Source of the DNA: Mobula hypostoma
Lineage: Eukaryota
Length of the DNA: 64,000 nucleotides
Direction: 5' to 3'
Assembly (NCBI RefSeq): GCF_963921235.1
Contig: NC_086108.1
Location: 90,212,001-90,276,000, forward strand
Both the position numbers and the translations under genes were made by a program. Below are positions 50,540-64,000 of the stretch, one piece after another. Under the pieces are notes generated by a model that saw only the letters and a program-made list of their open reading frames with translations, did not search any database and was not told the DNA's origin. Numbering within the stretch: the first letter of the stretch is position 1; each line of letters begins with the position of its first letter.

Positions 50540-52249
50540 AAGTGAAGGAATGTGTAGAGCATCACCTGTCACCTTGTCCTTAAGTTCTATGCTAAGGGTT
50601 CCTTTCAAACTCCAGCAGGTGGAAAAGAGTTAGGTCTTCTGGATTTAAGATGCTCCACCTTTGTAATCCCTGCTGTCAGAATTCTCATACTATTCAAGCA
50701 TATTTTGCATGAAAAAAATTGGTGTTGTGTATAAAAAACCCAACAAATTTCAACCCTTGTTGTTGTTATCCCACCTGTGTTTCAATACAGGAGGGAAACA
50801 CTTACATCAATTTTACAAAACCCAGTGCAAGGCAAGGTGAGAAAGCATAAGGCTTCCCTTTAGCTCAAGGTGTGAAAGAGTGCACCCAAGTTGCTATGTG
50901 CAAACCTCAGTGTCATTTTGGCATCTTTGCTTCATTCACCCTGGCTATCACTACAGATAGTTTAAATAGTAGATCTGTTTCTAATTTCTCAACAGAGCCA
51001 TAATTCATCCTATGGCAGTTTTCTGTGCTGCCTCCAGTCCAGTCTTGTGAGATTTTTGCCCTCACTTCGTAACAAATATTAATATAACATCAAATCTAGA
51101 GGAAAGAAATAAATCCCACAGCTCAATTCCATCTGTTCATAATAATTAACAGGTGTTATTAAGGATCATTCCTGTGCAGCTCTTTGTAGTAGTGGTGAGA
51201 TATAGATGCTGTTAGCTTGGCAAGCAGTTACTGTCCACCTCTAATTGTCCCTGAACAAATTGATATGCTAAGTTATTTCAGTGGGTAATTAAGAGTCAAC
51301 CAAATTGCTGTATGTTTGAAGTCAGATATAGGTAAACTGGGTAAGACTGGAAGATTTCTTTCTCTAAGGTTTGTGAATTGTATTTTTTTATCGCAACACT
51401 GTTTTGATTATTGTCAGCCTTACTGATAGCAGCATGTTCTTTAAGAATTATTAAATGACTAAAATTAATTTCCTCATTTCTAATGTTTGAATTTGAACTT
51501 ATTGTTTCCAAATTATTTGATTTTTTTTGAGTTACTAGTCCAGTATTATAATATTATAAACACAAAACATTCTGCAGATGGAAATCCTGAACAACACTGA
51601 GTTCCTCTAGCATTGTGGGTTTGTATTACTCTGAACATAATATTAGGTTGGAATGAAAAAAAAATCACTGCACAGAAAGAAGCAGTTGAGTTAGTTAGCT
51701 TTTTGTCAACCAACATCATGTCTGTGTTGGTTGACAAAGAGATACCAAGCCTGTTTGTGCCTTCCATCCCTTGGTCCCTATCCCAGTAGGTCACAGTTCT
51801 TCAGGTATACATCCAAGTACTGTTTAATTGTCATAAGGGGTTCTGTCTTTATCAGCCTTTCAGAGTATTATCACTATTGTGACCGATGATCATGCTAAAG
51901 AGCCTAATACTGTTATTTCTTCACCTCAAAGCTTTGTAACTATATTATATAGTAAGCTTCAATTTCAGATTGCTGAAACCAGTATCTTTTAAATATTTGG
52001 TTTCTATTTTAGATATTGTCTTGTCTAATAAAAGTGTTAATTGGTAATCTTAGCAAGGAAGATCAGTCAAATTATAATATTTACACTGAGTTTGTGAATA
52101 GAATATTTAAAGTTGGAGGAAGGTCTCAGACTCAAAAACTGGTCACAGGTATGGGAATGCACGATGATATTGGATCAGCCTTTTTGTTGCAAGCTAATGA
52201 AATGAATCACTTTTAATTAACTATATAAACAGGAGACCAATCCATTACA

Positions 52250-52900
52250 ACATATACAAGATGCTAGAGGAACTCAGCAGGCCAGGCAGCATCCATGGAA
52301 AAAGAACTGACAGTCAAAGTTTCAGGCCAAGACATCCTCAGGATTGAGAGGGAAGGGGGCAGATGCCTGAATTAAAAAGGTGGGGGGTGGGAGAGGAAAG
52401 AGGCTAGCTGGAAGGTGATAGTTAAAGACCGGTAGATGGGAAAGATCTAGGGTTGGAGAAGAAAGAATTGGAGAGGAGAGTGAACAACAGGAGAAAAGGC
52501 TGGAAGATGGGACCCGGAGGGGAATTATTAAGGAGATAAGAAGTAAAAGGTCAGAGTGGGAAATAGAGGAAGGGTAGTTGGGGAATTTTGTTCACTGGAT
52601 GAAAAATCGATATTCATACCATCAGGTTGGAGGGTACCAGATGGTATATAAGGTGTTGCTCCTCAACCCTGATCGACATGTGGGAACGGTAATGGGAATT
52701 GGAATTGGAATTAAAATGGTTGGCCTCTGGGGAGTCCCGCTTGTGCTGGAGGTGCTCGACAAAGCAGTAGCCCAATTTATGACGGGTCTCGCCAACGTCA
52801 AGGAAGGTGCACCGAGAGCACCAGAAAAACACAAAATGCTGGAGGAACTCAGCGGGTCAGGTAGCATCAATGGAAAAGAGTGAACAGTTGACTGCCAGCT
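52250..52900 (-). mobile_element. Penelope-like element: GIY-YIG endonuclease C-terminus plus pseudo-LTR
   Basis: ORF 52614..52832 WCSRC.FLDVGETRHKLG.CFVEHL...ANHFNS...EEQHLIYHL; degenerate hammerhead 52311-52346; partial tandem pseudo-LTR at ~52825-52895. Confidence 0.9.
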
Positions 52901-53059
52901 ATTTTGTACCACGCCTCAAATAAATTTCTAATCTTCAACTGTAAATAAAGACAATTAACTTTTTATAAGACTGAAGTGGACAAAATGGGTGAAACATAAA
53001 CAGCACAGACAGCGAGTCATATAGTTAATCAAATATTTAACAATTGTCAATGTTTATGA

Positions 53060-54070
53060 ACTCTTTGAGATCTTATAGAAACACATGAAATTATGAAAAG
53101 GTTACACAAAATAGAGGCAGGGAAGTTGTTTCCACTGGTAGGTGAGACTAGAACTAGGGGGCATAGCCTCAAGATTTGGAGGAGTAGATTTAGAATGGAG
53201 ATGAAGAGGAGCTGTTTTTCCCAGAGAGTGGTGAATCTGTGGAATTCTCTGCCCAATGAAGCAATGGAGGCTACCTCAGTAAATATGAGGGGTGATTGAT
53301 AAGTTTGTGGCCTAAGGTAGAAGGAGTCAATTTTAGAAAACCTAGCACATATATTTTTCAACATCATCCCCTCCTACATTTACACACTTAGTCCAGCGGT
53401 CATGGAGCATACGGATCTTGGACCTCCAGAAAGTATCCACAGCAAGGGTGATTGATAAGTTCATGGCCTAGGTAGAATGAGATGCATTATACAGCTCTTA
53501 TTAGATGTACATACATGTCAACTCTTTGAGTGGTTATGCAGAAAGTTTGAAGTTAATAACTCATAGCCTTAGGCCATGAACTTATCAATCACCCCTGATA
53601 AGTTATTAACCTCAAACTTTCTGCATAATCACTAAGAGTTGACCTGCGTGGGCATGTAACGAGAGCTATATCTCCTTCTACCTTTGGCCATGAACTTATC
53701 AATCACCCCTGCTGTGGGCCACTTTCTGGAGGTCCAAGACGCCGACTTCTACAAAGAAAGGATCTGTATGCTCCACAATCGCTGGACTAAGTGTGTAAAT
53801 GTAGGAGGGGACTATGTTGAAAAATAAATGTGCTAGGCTTTGTAAAATTGACTCCTTCTACCTTAGGCCACGAACTTATCAAGCACCCCTTGTATATTAG
53901 AGAGAAGGTTGGATAGATTTTTGCATAGTAGGGGAATTAAGGGTTATGGGGGAAAGGCAGGTAGGTGGAGGTGAGTCCAAGGCAAGATCAGGCCTGATCT
54001 TACTGAATGGCAGAACAGGCTCGACGGGTCAGATGGCCAATTCCTGCTCCTATTTCTTATGTCCGTATGA
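53060..54070 (+). mobile_element. CR1/HER1-like 3' end hosting a mariner MITE
   Basis: KLFPLVGETRTRGHSLKI...FSQRVVNLWNSLP; resumes at 53895. Confidence 0.9.
53286..53892. mobile_element. Fold-back mariner-derived MITE (607 bp, TA TSD)
   Basis: TA at 53284-53285 and 53893-53894; termini tgaggggtgattgataagtt / aacttatcaagcaccccttg; 53711-53827 encodes AVGHFLEVQDADFYKERICMLHNRWTKCVNVGGDYVEK*, a mariner transposase C-terminus. Confidence 0.93.
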
Positions 54071-54509
54071 ACTCTATTGGGAAGCAACTCAATGATAAAG
54101 TGATCGAGCCACAGCTAAGAAATGACAGGGAGTACAGTATAAAATGAAAAGATCAGGCTTGAAACATTGCTCACAATGGCTGCAAATCTACAGAGTAGAG
54201 CTCCTGACAGAGAAGAAAATGAGCAAATTAGCATGAAATATAAAAATAGATTGTGACACTACCCATAACTTAGTAGAATTAAACGTTAGACAGAAAATGT
54301 AAAAATGGACAATAAAGAAATGGCTAATGTCTTAAACAGATCTTTTATTTCTGCCATAACTTATGATAACTCTTCACCAAATGGCCAAAAAGTAAGAAAG
54401 TTAGAGTGATTAACATCAGTAAACAAAATACAAAAGTATGGAAATAAAGGCATAAAACATTATTTCTGATGATCTGTATTCAAGGTATTTCTTTAGAAAT
54501 CCTGTACAA

Positions 54510-55370
54510 TATCAGAATCAGGTTTAATATCACCGGCATATGTCATGAAATTTGTTAAATTTGCAGCAGCAGTGTATAATGATCAAGGAAAAAAACTATG
54601 AATTACTGTATGAATATATCTATTAAATAGTTAAATTAATTAGTGCAAAAAAAGAAATATAAAAGTAGTGAGGTGTGTTGATGGGTTCAATATCCATTCA
54701 GACCTCAGATGGTAGAGGGCAAAAAACTGTTCCTGAATTGTTGATAATCTTTCAGCATTCTCTAGATTCTACCATTCATATTCATCAGAAAGTTAGGAGG
54801 CAAATAATATGTAGACTTTTATTGAAAGATGACAGATATAGAGTTGTCCATGTTGTAGTGTCCGAAGCTTTGTCATGGCAACAGACTTGCACTAAATCTC
54901 AAAAGACCAAGGAATTCATTGTGGACGTCAGGAAGGGGAACTCAAGGGAGCACACACTAGTCCTCATTGAGGGATCAACAATGTAAAGAATGTCAAGCTC
55001 CTGGATATCAACATCTTTGCAGATCTGTCCTGGGTAGCGTAGTGTTGGCAATTACAAAGAAGGCAGGACAGCAGCAATAGTTCATTAGGACTTTGAGGAA
55101 ACTTGACTTGTCATGAAAGATGCACAAATTCTTACAGGTGTACCATGGGGAGCATTCTAACAAGTTCTATCATCATCTGGAATCGAGGGACCACTGCTCA
55201 GGGTTGGAAAAAAAAATAAGAAGTTGAAAACTCAGCCAGCTTCAACATTGACCCTCTCTGATCCCCTGATGAGGGCTGGATCATGGACCTCCAGTTTCCT
55301 CCTCCTGAAGTCAATTATCAACTCTTTGGCCTTGCTGACACTGAGTGAGTAGTTGTTGTCATGGCACCTC
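54510..55370. mobile_element. Cluster of Rex1-like fragments, both strands
   Basis: (CAGAAT) tail at ~54512; KTKEFIVDVRKG motif; decayed RT 3' region. Confidence 0.7.
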
Positions 55371-55999
55371 TTAGCGACAACAACAATTGTTTAGAACAAT
55401 ACATCTAACCTAGAGGCAACTCATTGACGTTTAATTCATTAATTCTGGTATGAAATAGTTGACTCATGGAGAGTGTTTTTATTGATTGAGCCTAGACCCT
55501 CTGGATCTGGTTCACCAGCTTGGAGAAGGTTTGCTTATGGGACGTGGACTATAGTAAGGAGTTGGCTATTTGGAACTGAAATGAGAGGAAATAGCTTCAC
55601 CCTATGAATCTATGAGAGTCTATATTCATTGATTATGACAATATTCATAGGTTCTCAGTTACAGAATATTTTTAAGATTGAGATTAATAGGATTTTGGAT
55701 TCTATTAATCATAAATATTGTGCAAGAAAGTAGAGCTGTGAGCGAAAGTCAGCCATATTGTAATGGAGCGCAGACTCAAAGGTCTTGTAACCTGAGCACT
55801 AGTGTTACAATATTCAATTTTATACAAAATGCTATATTTAATTTTGCACTATAAATTTATGGCAGTGATCCTAATGATATCAGCAAGAAGATTTTCGCAC
55901 TTTCTATATACGTGTATTTAATTTAAAATGGATCAGACATGAAATAGCAGAGCAGACTCAATGGGCCAAATGGCCTTTTTCTGCTTGGTATACTACTTC

Positions 56000-58120
56000 C
56001 TAATTAGCATCACAAACAAGGCAGATGAACTTAGGGTGTGGGCAATACATGGAACTATGATGTTGTGGCCATTACAGAGACTTGGATGTCTCAGGAGCAG
56101 GAATGGCTGCTGAGTATGCCAGGCTTTAGATGTTTCAAAAAGAACAGAGAGGGAGACAAGAGGTGGGGGCATGGCACTGCTAATTAGGGATAGTGTCACG
56201 GCTGCAGGAAAGGAGGAAGTCATGGAGGGTTGACTACAGAGTCAGTGTGGGTGGACATCAGAAACAGGAAAGGGCCCATAACTCTACTGGGTGTTTTTTT
56301 TATATATAGACCCCCCTCATAGTAACAGGGATATCGAGGAGCAGATAGGGAGGCAGATTCTGGAATGGTATAATAATAATAATAATAATAATAGGGTTAT
56401 TGTGATGGGAGATTTTAACTTTCCTAATATTGATTGGCATCTCCTTAATGCAGAGAGTTTAGATGGGGTGGAGTTTTGTTAAGTGTGTTCTCAAGGGTTT
56501 CCTGACACAATATGTAGATAAGCCAACTAGAGGAGAGGCTGTACTTGATCTGGTATTGGGAAATGTACCTGGTCAGGTGTCGGTGGGAGAGCATTTTGGA
56601 GGTAGTGACCTCAACTCTATCTCCTTCACCACAGTGCTGGAGAGGGATAGGAGCAGACAATTTGGGAAAACATTTAATTGGGGTAGGGGGAAATATGATG
56701 CTATTAGGCAGGAACTTGGGAGGATAAACTGGGACCAGATGTTCTCAGGGAAACACACGGCAAAAAATGTGGCAAATGTTCAGGGAACATTTACGTGGAG
56801 TTCTGCATAGATATGTTCTTTGAGGCAGGGAAAGGATGGTAGAGTTAAAGAATCATGGTGTAGAGAGTATGTAGAAAATCTAGTTATGAAAAGAAGAGTT
56901 TAGGAAAGGTTCAAGAAACTGGGTACTGTTAGAGCTCTAGAAAATTACAAGGTTGCTAGGAAAGAGCTTAAGAATGGAATTAGGGGAGCCAGAAGGGGCC
57001 ATGAGAAGGCCTTGGTGAGCAGGATTAAGAAAAACCCCAAGGCATTCTACAAGTATGTGAAGTGCAAGAGGATGAGCCATGTGAGAATAGGACCAAACAG
57101 GTACAATAGTTGAAACGTGTGCATGGAGTCGGAGGAGGTAGCGGAGGTACTTAATGAATACTTTATTTCAGTATTCTCCAGGGAAAAAGACCTTGTCAAT
57201 TATGGGGATGCAAGTTTGCTGATTACAGAAAAGTTGGGGGTGTTGTGGATAGGCTGGAGGGTTGTCAGAGGTTACAGTGAGACATCGATAGGATGCAGAA
57301 CTGGGCTGAGAAGTGGCAGATGGACTTCACCCCAGATAAGTGAGGAGTGGTTCATTTTGGTAGATCCAATTTGAAGACAGAGTATAATATAAATGTTAAG
57401 ACTCCTGGCAGTGTGGAGGAACTGAGGGATCTTGGGATCCATGTTGATAGGCCACTCAAAGCTGCTGCACGGGTTGACAGTGTTGTTAAGAAGGTGCATT
57501 GGCACTCATCAACCGTAGGATTGAGTTCAAGAGCCATGAGGTAATGTTACAACGATATAAGATCTTGGTCAGATCCTACTTGGTGTATTGTGTTCAGTTC
57601 TGGTCACCTCACTACAGGAAGGGTGTGGATACTATAGAGAAAGTGCAGAGGAGATTTACAAGGATGTTGCCTGGATTGGAGGGTGTACTTTATGAGAATA
57701 GATTGAGTGTACTTGGCCTTTTCTCCTTGGAGTGAAGGAAGATAAGAGGTGACCTGATAGAGGTGTGTAAGCTGCTGAAGGGCATTGATTGCGTGAATAG
57801 CCAGAGGCTTTTTCCCAGCACTGAAATGGTTAATGTGAAGGAACATAGTCTTAAGGTGCTTGGAAATAGGTACCGAGGGGATGTCAGGGGTAAGTTTTTC
57901 ACGGAGTGGTGGGTGCATGGAATGCACTGCTGGTAGCAGTGGTGGAAGTGGATGCAATAGGGACTTAAGAGTCTCTTAAGCAGGTACATGGAGCTTAGAG
58001 AAATAGAGGGCAATGCACTAGGGGAATTCTAGGCAGTCTCTGGAGTGGGTTACATGTTCAGTACAACATTGTGGGCTGAGGGGCCTGTAATGTGCTGTAA
58101 ATTTCTATGTTCTATGTTCT
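56000..58120 (+). mobile_element. CR1/HER1-like LINE ORF2 (APE endonuclease to 3' end) with a large RT deletion near 57205
   Basis: YDVVAITETW, GDFNFPNIDW, QYVDKPTRGEAVLDLVLGN, NPKAFYKYVK, then a jump to KFAD; YCVQFWSPHYRK; (ttctatg)n tail; in-frame (AAT)n expansion at ~56371-56392. Confidence 0.93.
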
Positions 58121-59799
58121 GCTCTGTATCTCATGGTCTTATGTCTCCAATATGACTAGTATTTGAGAGAAGTAATAGCTTTGCATAGAGTAGTGCAAAA
58201 AGTCAAGTTAACTGTACTTCTCTGTTCAATTTCAAGTTTAGCTGAAAAGGAAGTGAATTTGGCTGTTCTGATTCAAAACCTTCTGCAAAAAAATTATATT
58301 CCATTCCTGAAAAATGTAAAGTTAAATTAACGTCATTTCCCATGATTCTTGAGATGTACTTGTTTGAGTACCAATGGAATAAGCAGAGTACTATAGCATA
58401 ATAGCTAGCTTCTCGTGTTCACTGCATCATAATTGCCAGTGTATAAGGTGACGCTGCAATTTGATGCCAGCTGGCACTCATTAGTTGAGAGAAAATATGA
58501 CATTAATTTCCATAATTATAATTTTTTTGCTCTTTGGGTCCATTTTATAGCCTTTTATTTAAGCACAGAAATGCATGCTCTTTCACTTGCAGAAATTTGT
58601 TTTAAACTTTTTAATATATATTTAATACATTTCTCACCACATACTGCCTGTGAATTGTCACCTAATTCAGCAAAGATGTCACACAGTAAAATACCAAATA
58701 TATTGCTTAGTATTAACTGAGCTAAAAGCATTTACTGAATCTGATGTAATTTGGTTCACTTTCTCACATTCAATTTGAACAATCAAAAATACCTGCAAAA
58801 AGCTCATTATTTTCGTTAACCTAGACATAAATCGGCTGGATCAGACAGTTTCATTTTATTTTAAAGTAGTCCACAATCAGACATAATAGCACATTAGAAC
58901 TTTAATTCAGCAAGTAGAACAAAGAGCCAGATAAAGACTTTCTTCGGAAGGTGAGAGCCATTAGTGCCCTCGCCTGTTCTCTTAAGTTGACAGGCTGCAG
59001 CTGAATACTGATATTGATTTAGTGGATTCATCTACTTACTGGATTCAATTGGCGGCTCTAGAAAATTCACATTTGATATACAAAGTGACTTTAGTATCTA
59101 ATGTAGCCAAAGGTGATGTTACCTGAACACTAAGTGGATATTTGGACCTTTGTTCAGAGAAGGTCAAAACCTCCACTGATCTTGAACAAAGATCCTTCTG
59201 TACATTATAATCACTTTCTATGGATTAACATAAATTATTTTGTAGGCCTAAAGTATTTTCCCTTTACTTTAAGATTCCTAGACATGCTTTTAAAATATTA
59301 TTTGTTATTTTAAAAGATTAACCTGGTTTTACAAAATGACAGTTCAGTATAGTGGAAATAGAAGGTGAATCCTTCAGCTGTTTCTCTGGGCTGTGGGAAG
59401 ACCTCTCAATCTGTAAACCAGACTATTTTACGTCTTGTGCCTGGAAGACCAGTAGAATACTGGAAAGAAAGATTAGCTTTATATCACAAGTAATCAAGCT
59501 CCACAGTGAAAAGCATTGTTTGCAAAAAAACAAATCAGCAAGGATTGTGCCGGGGGCAGCCGCAAGTGTTACCACACTTCTGGTGACAGTATAGCATGCC
59601 CACAATTCACTAACACTTGTCATGCGCCTGTAAAATGTAGGAGGAAACCAGGGGAGATCTATGTGGTCTCATGGGGAGAACGGAACTGAGCAAGTACTGC
59701 AACATCAGAGTTGCATTCTTTGGGATAAACATCAGTAAACTAAATATTTATTTTCTTATTATCATTTTATCTTTTGTGAAGCTTTGAGATTAGCAAATT

Positions 59800-60635
59800 C
59801 ACTGAAGAGCTAATTAAATCTGCAGACAACACTACATTGATTGGCCTAATTTCAAACGATAACAAGGTGGCCTACAGAAAAGAAGTCATCTCTCTGACAC
59901 AGTCATGTCAAGAAAACAACCTCTTCCTTAATGTTGAAAAACAAAGGAGCTGGTTGTGGATTACAGGAGGAATGGAGACAGGCTAACCCCCATTGACATC
60001 AATGGATCTGGGGTTGATAGGGTAAACAGCTTTAAGTTCTTCGGCAGCCACATCACTGAGGACTTCACACGGTCTGTACACACCAATTGTGTGGTGAAAA
60101 AGGCACAACACAGCCTCTTTCACCCCAGGCAGTTGAAGTTTGGTATGGGCACCCAGATCTTAAGGACTTTCTACAGGGGCACAACTGAGATCATTATGGC
60201 TGGCTGCATCACTGCCTGGTATGGAAACTGTACCTGCTTAATCGCAGGATTCTGCAGAGAGTGGTGCAGACAGCCCAGCGCATCTGTAGTTGTGAACTTC
60301 TCATGATTCAGGATATTTACAAGGACAGGTGTGTAAAAAGGGCCCGTAGGATTATCAGGGGCCTAAACCATCCCAACCACAATCTATTCCAGCTGCAGGA
60401 AGCGGTACCGCAGCATAAAAGCCAGGACCAACAGGCTCTGGGACAGCTTCTTCCACCAGGCCATCAGACTGATGAACTTGCGCTGATTTGAGTGTACTCT
60501 ATATTACATAAACTATTTATTATAAGTTATTATAAATTACTATGATTGCGTATGGCACATTTAGATGGAGACGTAACATAAAGATTTTTACTCCTCATGT
60601 ATGTGAAGGATGTAAGAAGTAAAGTCAATTCAATA
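59800..60635 (+). mobile_element. Rex1/Babar-like LINE, RT C-terminus to 3' end
   Basis: DYRRNGDRLTPIDINGSGVDRVNSFKF...FYRGTTE...CITAWYGNC; tail aaagtcaattcaat; same family as 9226-10340. Confidence 0.92.
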
Positions 60636-61459
60636 TAAAGTACTAAATGTGTTACAAAGTGTCTTTGATGTCCTGAGGTTGGGAATGCTATTGAAATGCA
60701 CATTATTTCTTTATTTTTCAATGGCATTACTTAGTGGCTATTGATCCTTTTTGAAACATATGAGCTGTAGGAGCCATTTGTGTAATTTCTTGTGTCTATA
60801 TTTATGTTATCTGTTCAAGAACATCTTATCCTTTACAGAAAGAAGGTCAAATTATCAGAAGCATAAACTAAGTCCATGCCTTATATAATTTGTTATTTAT
60901 GTTTGTATATTAAATCATTTCTGGTTATTGATGTAACAAAGCTTCTGACAATAGCTAATTATTGTTAAAGTGCAGTTACAGCAAAAATGTAAAGTGCTGT
61001 ATGAATGGATAAAATGTAGAAGGAGAAAGTTAATTTGTGCTTGGACTCTGCAATGAATTGTCATTAAGATCAGATGATGCTTTCAGCCCTCAGCTGGAAA
61101 TCTAAAGTGAGTTAAGTCTTGGAGGATTTTCTAAATGAGACCAGACAATTTATTTTTGAGTCATTTTGCAGCAGAACAGCAAAGCGGCAGCCTGTTTAAT
61201 ATTCAGCATACCTTTGTTGTTGTTGCTGATTTGTTGCTGTCTCTATTGGGCTGCCATGTATAACCTTTTGTTTACCTTTGCACAGGTGGGCATTTGCTCA
61301 TTATATTCCATATCACGAAGAACATTAAATTCACAAAAATTTCTCTAATTATCCACTTATGAATTATCCCCTTACGAAGTTAGCACAGCTCGAAGAAATA
61401 AATTTCTGGAGTAAGCATCAATTATTTTGTGAACAAGAGCTTAACTTTTCCTTTTTTAG

Positions 61460-62700
61460 AACATGGAACAAAAAAAAAACAGTACAGCACCCTACAGGCC
61501 CTCAACCCACGATGTTGTGATGACCTTTTATTCCACTCCAAGGTCAAGCTCCCACATAACCCTCCAGTTTGATTTCATCCATGTGTCTATCTAAGACTCT
61601 CTTAAATGTCCCTAATGTATTTGCCTCTGCCACCACTCCTGGCAATGCATTCCATGCTTCCCTACACTGTGTTTATATACATAAAAAAATAGATAGATCC
61701 TCTGATATCTACCCCCCCACCCCCATACTTGCCTCCCAATGCCGTTTTGTTTTGTTCTTTCTACCCTGGGGGGGGGGGAGGCACTGGCTATCCACTCTAT
61801 TTATGCCTCTTATCTTGTACGTCTCCATCAAGTCACCTCTCATCCTACTTGGCTCCAAAGAGAAAATCCCTAGCTCACTCAACCTTTCCTCATAAGATAT
61901 GCCCTCTATCCCAGGTAAACCTCCTTTGCATCATCTCTAAAGCATCTGCATCCTATGAGCAATATACACAATGGGGGAGCCCAGTGGGTCAGGCAGCTTC
62001 AATGGATGGGAATAAATAGCTGATGTTTTGAGCTGGGGTGGAAAGGAAGGGAGGAGAGGTCAGAATAAGAAGTGGGGCGGGGGGAAGGGGAGGAAGTAAT
62101 ACAAGATGGCAGCCATGATATGTGAAACCGGGGTGGGGGGGTGATGAAGTGGTGAGTTGGGAAATTGATGGGTGAAAGAGATAAAGGACTGGAGAGAAAG
62201 GGGAATCTGACAGGAGAGGTCAGAAGGCCATGGAAGAAAGGGAAGGAGGAGAAGCGCCACAGGGAGGTGATGGGCAGGTAAGAAGAGAAGGTAAAAAGGG
62301 AAACAAGAACGAGGAATAGAGGAGGGTGCAGGCAATTACCAGAAGTTCAAAAATCAATGTTCATGCCATTACGTTGGAGGCTACCCAGGCAGCTCCAACC
62401 TGAGTGTAGCCTCATCGAGGCAATAGAGGAAGCCATGGACTAACACGTCAGAATGGGAATGGGATGTAAAATTGAAATGGGTGGCCGTCAGGAAATTCAG
62501 CTTTTTTGGTGGAAAGGAGCTCATTGAAGCAAGCTCCCGATCTACATCTTCCTACAATGAGGTAGCCAGAACTGAACACAATGATCCACATGGTCTAAAC
62601 AAGGTTTTATAGAACTACAGCATTACCTTCCCTGCTTTTGAACTCAGTCCTCCAACGAATGAAAACCAACACATCATAAACCTTGTTAACCACCCGACCA
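61460..62700 (-). mobile_element. CR1 3' fragment with a Penelope-like fragment inserted at ~61960-62545
   Basis: CR1 3' motifs on the minus strand; insert homologous to 42150-42600 and 52250-52750 (ttggaggctacccag). Confidence 0.8.
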
Positions 62701-62743
62701 GGCCAGTCTCAAGCAAGAGAACATCTGCAGATGCTGTAAATCC

Positions 62744-62890
62744 AAGCAACACACACAAAATGCTGGATGAACTCAGCAGGCCAGGCAGCATCCATGGAAA
62801 AGAGTCTCGGCCCAAAATGTGACCGTTTACTCTTTTCCATAGATGTTGCCTGGTCTGCTGAGTATTTCCAGCATTTTGTGTGTGTTACTT
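62744..62890. repeat. Inverted repeat (62-bp arms, 23-nt loop) formed from Penelope pseudo-LTR ends
   Basis: 62744-62805 is the near reverse complement of 62829-62890; the loop holds the remnant ctcggcccaaaatgtgac of the hammerhead stem II and core. Confidence 0.9.
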
Positions 62891-63699
62891 ATCAAGCCAA
62901 TGACTTTTTATCTAACTCCACATTTGCCATGCTTTCTTATGTATGACTATGAATAAACTATGATTTAAGGAAGTCTACTTAATTGTGCTGCTTCATCCAA
63001 AGTATCATTAGCAACATCCATGGACAATGTCCAAAATAAAAGAAAATTAAAACATGTCCTCACCACCCTAACCTCCAACAGGAAATTAAATGAATATTTA
63101 TATTGGTGTGGATGATGTTTTCCAGAAAAATTGAAGCCAATTATAAAACCAGCCACTTGTTTATATGCTTATTTTTGCTGCCTTAAATATTGTTGTAATT
63201 TATTCATCTAGCTACTTTTCTTAAGGTACTTATTTCAGAAAAACTGCAGCAAACATTTGATCACATATAAAAGCAGGGAATTTGCTGTATTGGTCAGTTC
63301 AGGTGGTAGAAGAAACTACATAGAATTGGCCATCGTAATGGAGGGAAAAACATCTAGCTAATCCTGGAGAGCTGCTTAATGGCTATTTAATGGATGTGAA
63401 ATTAAAAATTTCACAGGAAATATTGAAGTGGGATGGAGACCCTTAGTTGACCTATAGTTTGCCAACATATGATGGAATACTCATGCAGATCACTAAAGAG
63501 ACTGATGCCTTGCTAATGGAGGTTGATTAAATATGCAAGATCCATTATAAGGCCCTACAATTTTGAAATGCAGCTGAAAAGTTTCTCCTAGTTGTACTTC
63601 CTATAAGATGGTGGGAAAGCAGTTTGCTGCTTGCCATTATTCAGGTATCTTTGGTCCTGTCCACCAAATGTTGTTGGCAGTTGCTTTTTTTTAACTGCA

Positions 63700-64000
63700 C
63701 ATTTTACACTGCTGGTGTTTAGGGCAGCAATGGAGGTCCTCTGTTTCTGCCTGTCCTTGGCCACACAGATGTAGAAGGAGTCTTCATTGCTGTTTCTGTA
63801 ACAGTTTTGTTTTACCAGTCAGGGTTGTTGTTAGCCCTGAGTTGAACCCCTGAACTGGAGGACCAGTGGACCACTCCTAGTCTGACCTCTGCCCTTTGAC
63901 CTGACCAAGAACTAAATGATAAAGCCTTCACTCTCCAACATTGCTCCCTAAGTCATTGAGGTACACAAGCATCCAAACCACAACAACGTTGTGGTCCTCT
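63700..64000 (-). mobile_element. Non-autonomous retroposon fragment, possibly RTE-related
   Basis: GC-richer block starting gctggtgtttagggcagcaatg; recognition is by recollection of the pattern only. Confidence 0.35.

Noticed and set aside
55260..55295. CTGATGA as a hammerhead core
   Set aside because: No stem II or GAAA follows; it lies in a Rex1-like RT fragment on the minus strand.

Overview
Eukaryotic (vertebrate) genomic DNA, AT-rich and dominated by decayed transposable elements. The repeat complement (HE1/V-type SINE, HER1/CR1-like LINEs, Rex1/Babar, L1/Tx1, Penelope-like elements, Tc1/mariner, hAT, Gypsy) points to a cartilaginous fish, probably a ray (inference). No intact gene of a recognisable family is present, and most ORFs in the track are TE fragments or chance. 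The window reads as intronic or intergenic, with a few unique patches that carry splice-site-like signals. Best-supported observations: (1) several decayed minimal hammerhead-ribozyme motifs in Penelope pseudo-LTRs of at least two families; (2) a ~1 kb minisatellite with a 28-bp unit, expanded in place from a Penelope GIY-YIG coding segment; (3) a 607-bp fold-back mariner MITE with five TIR copies; (4) a ~2 kb inversion readable from a split CR1 and a displaced hAT target-site duplication; (5) a three-level Tc1>L1>L1 nest with both TSDs visible. A weak orphan-gene or pseudogene hypothesis is also recorded. All family names are by-eye motif recognition, not database results, and most TE boundaries are approximate unless a TSD is quoted.
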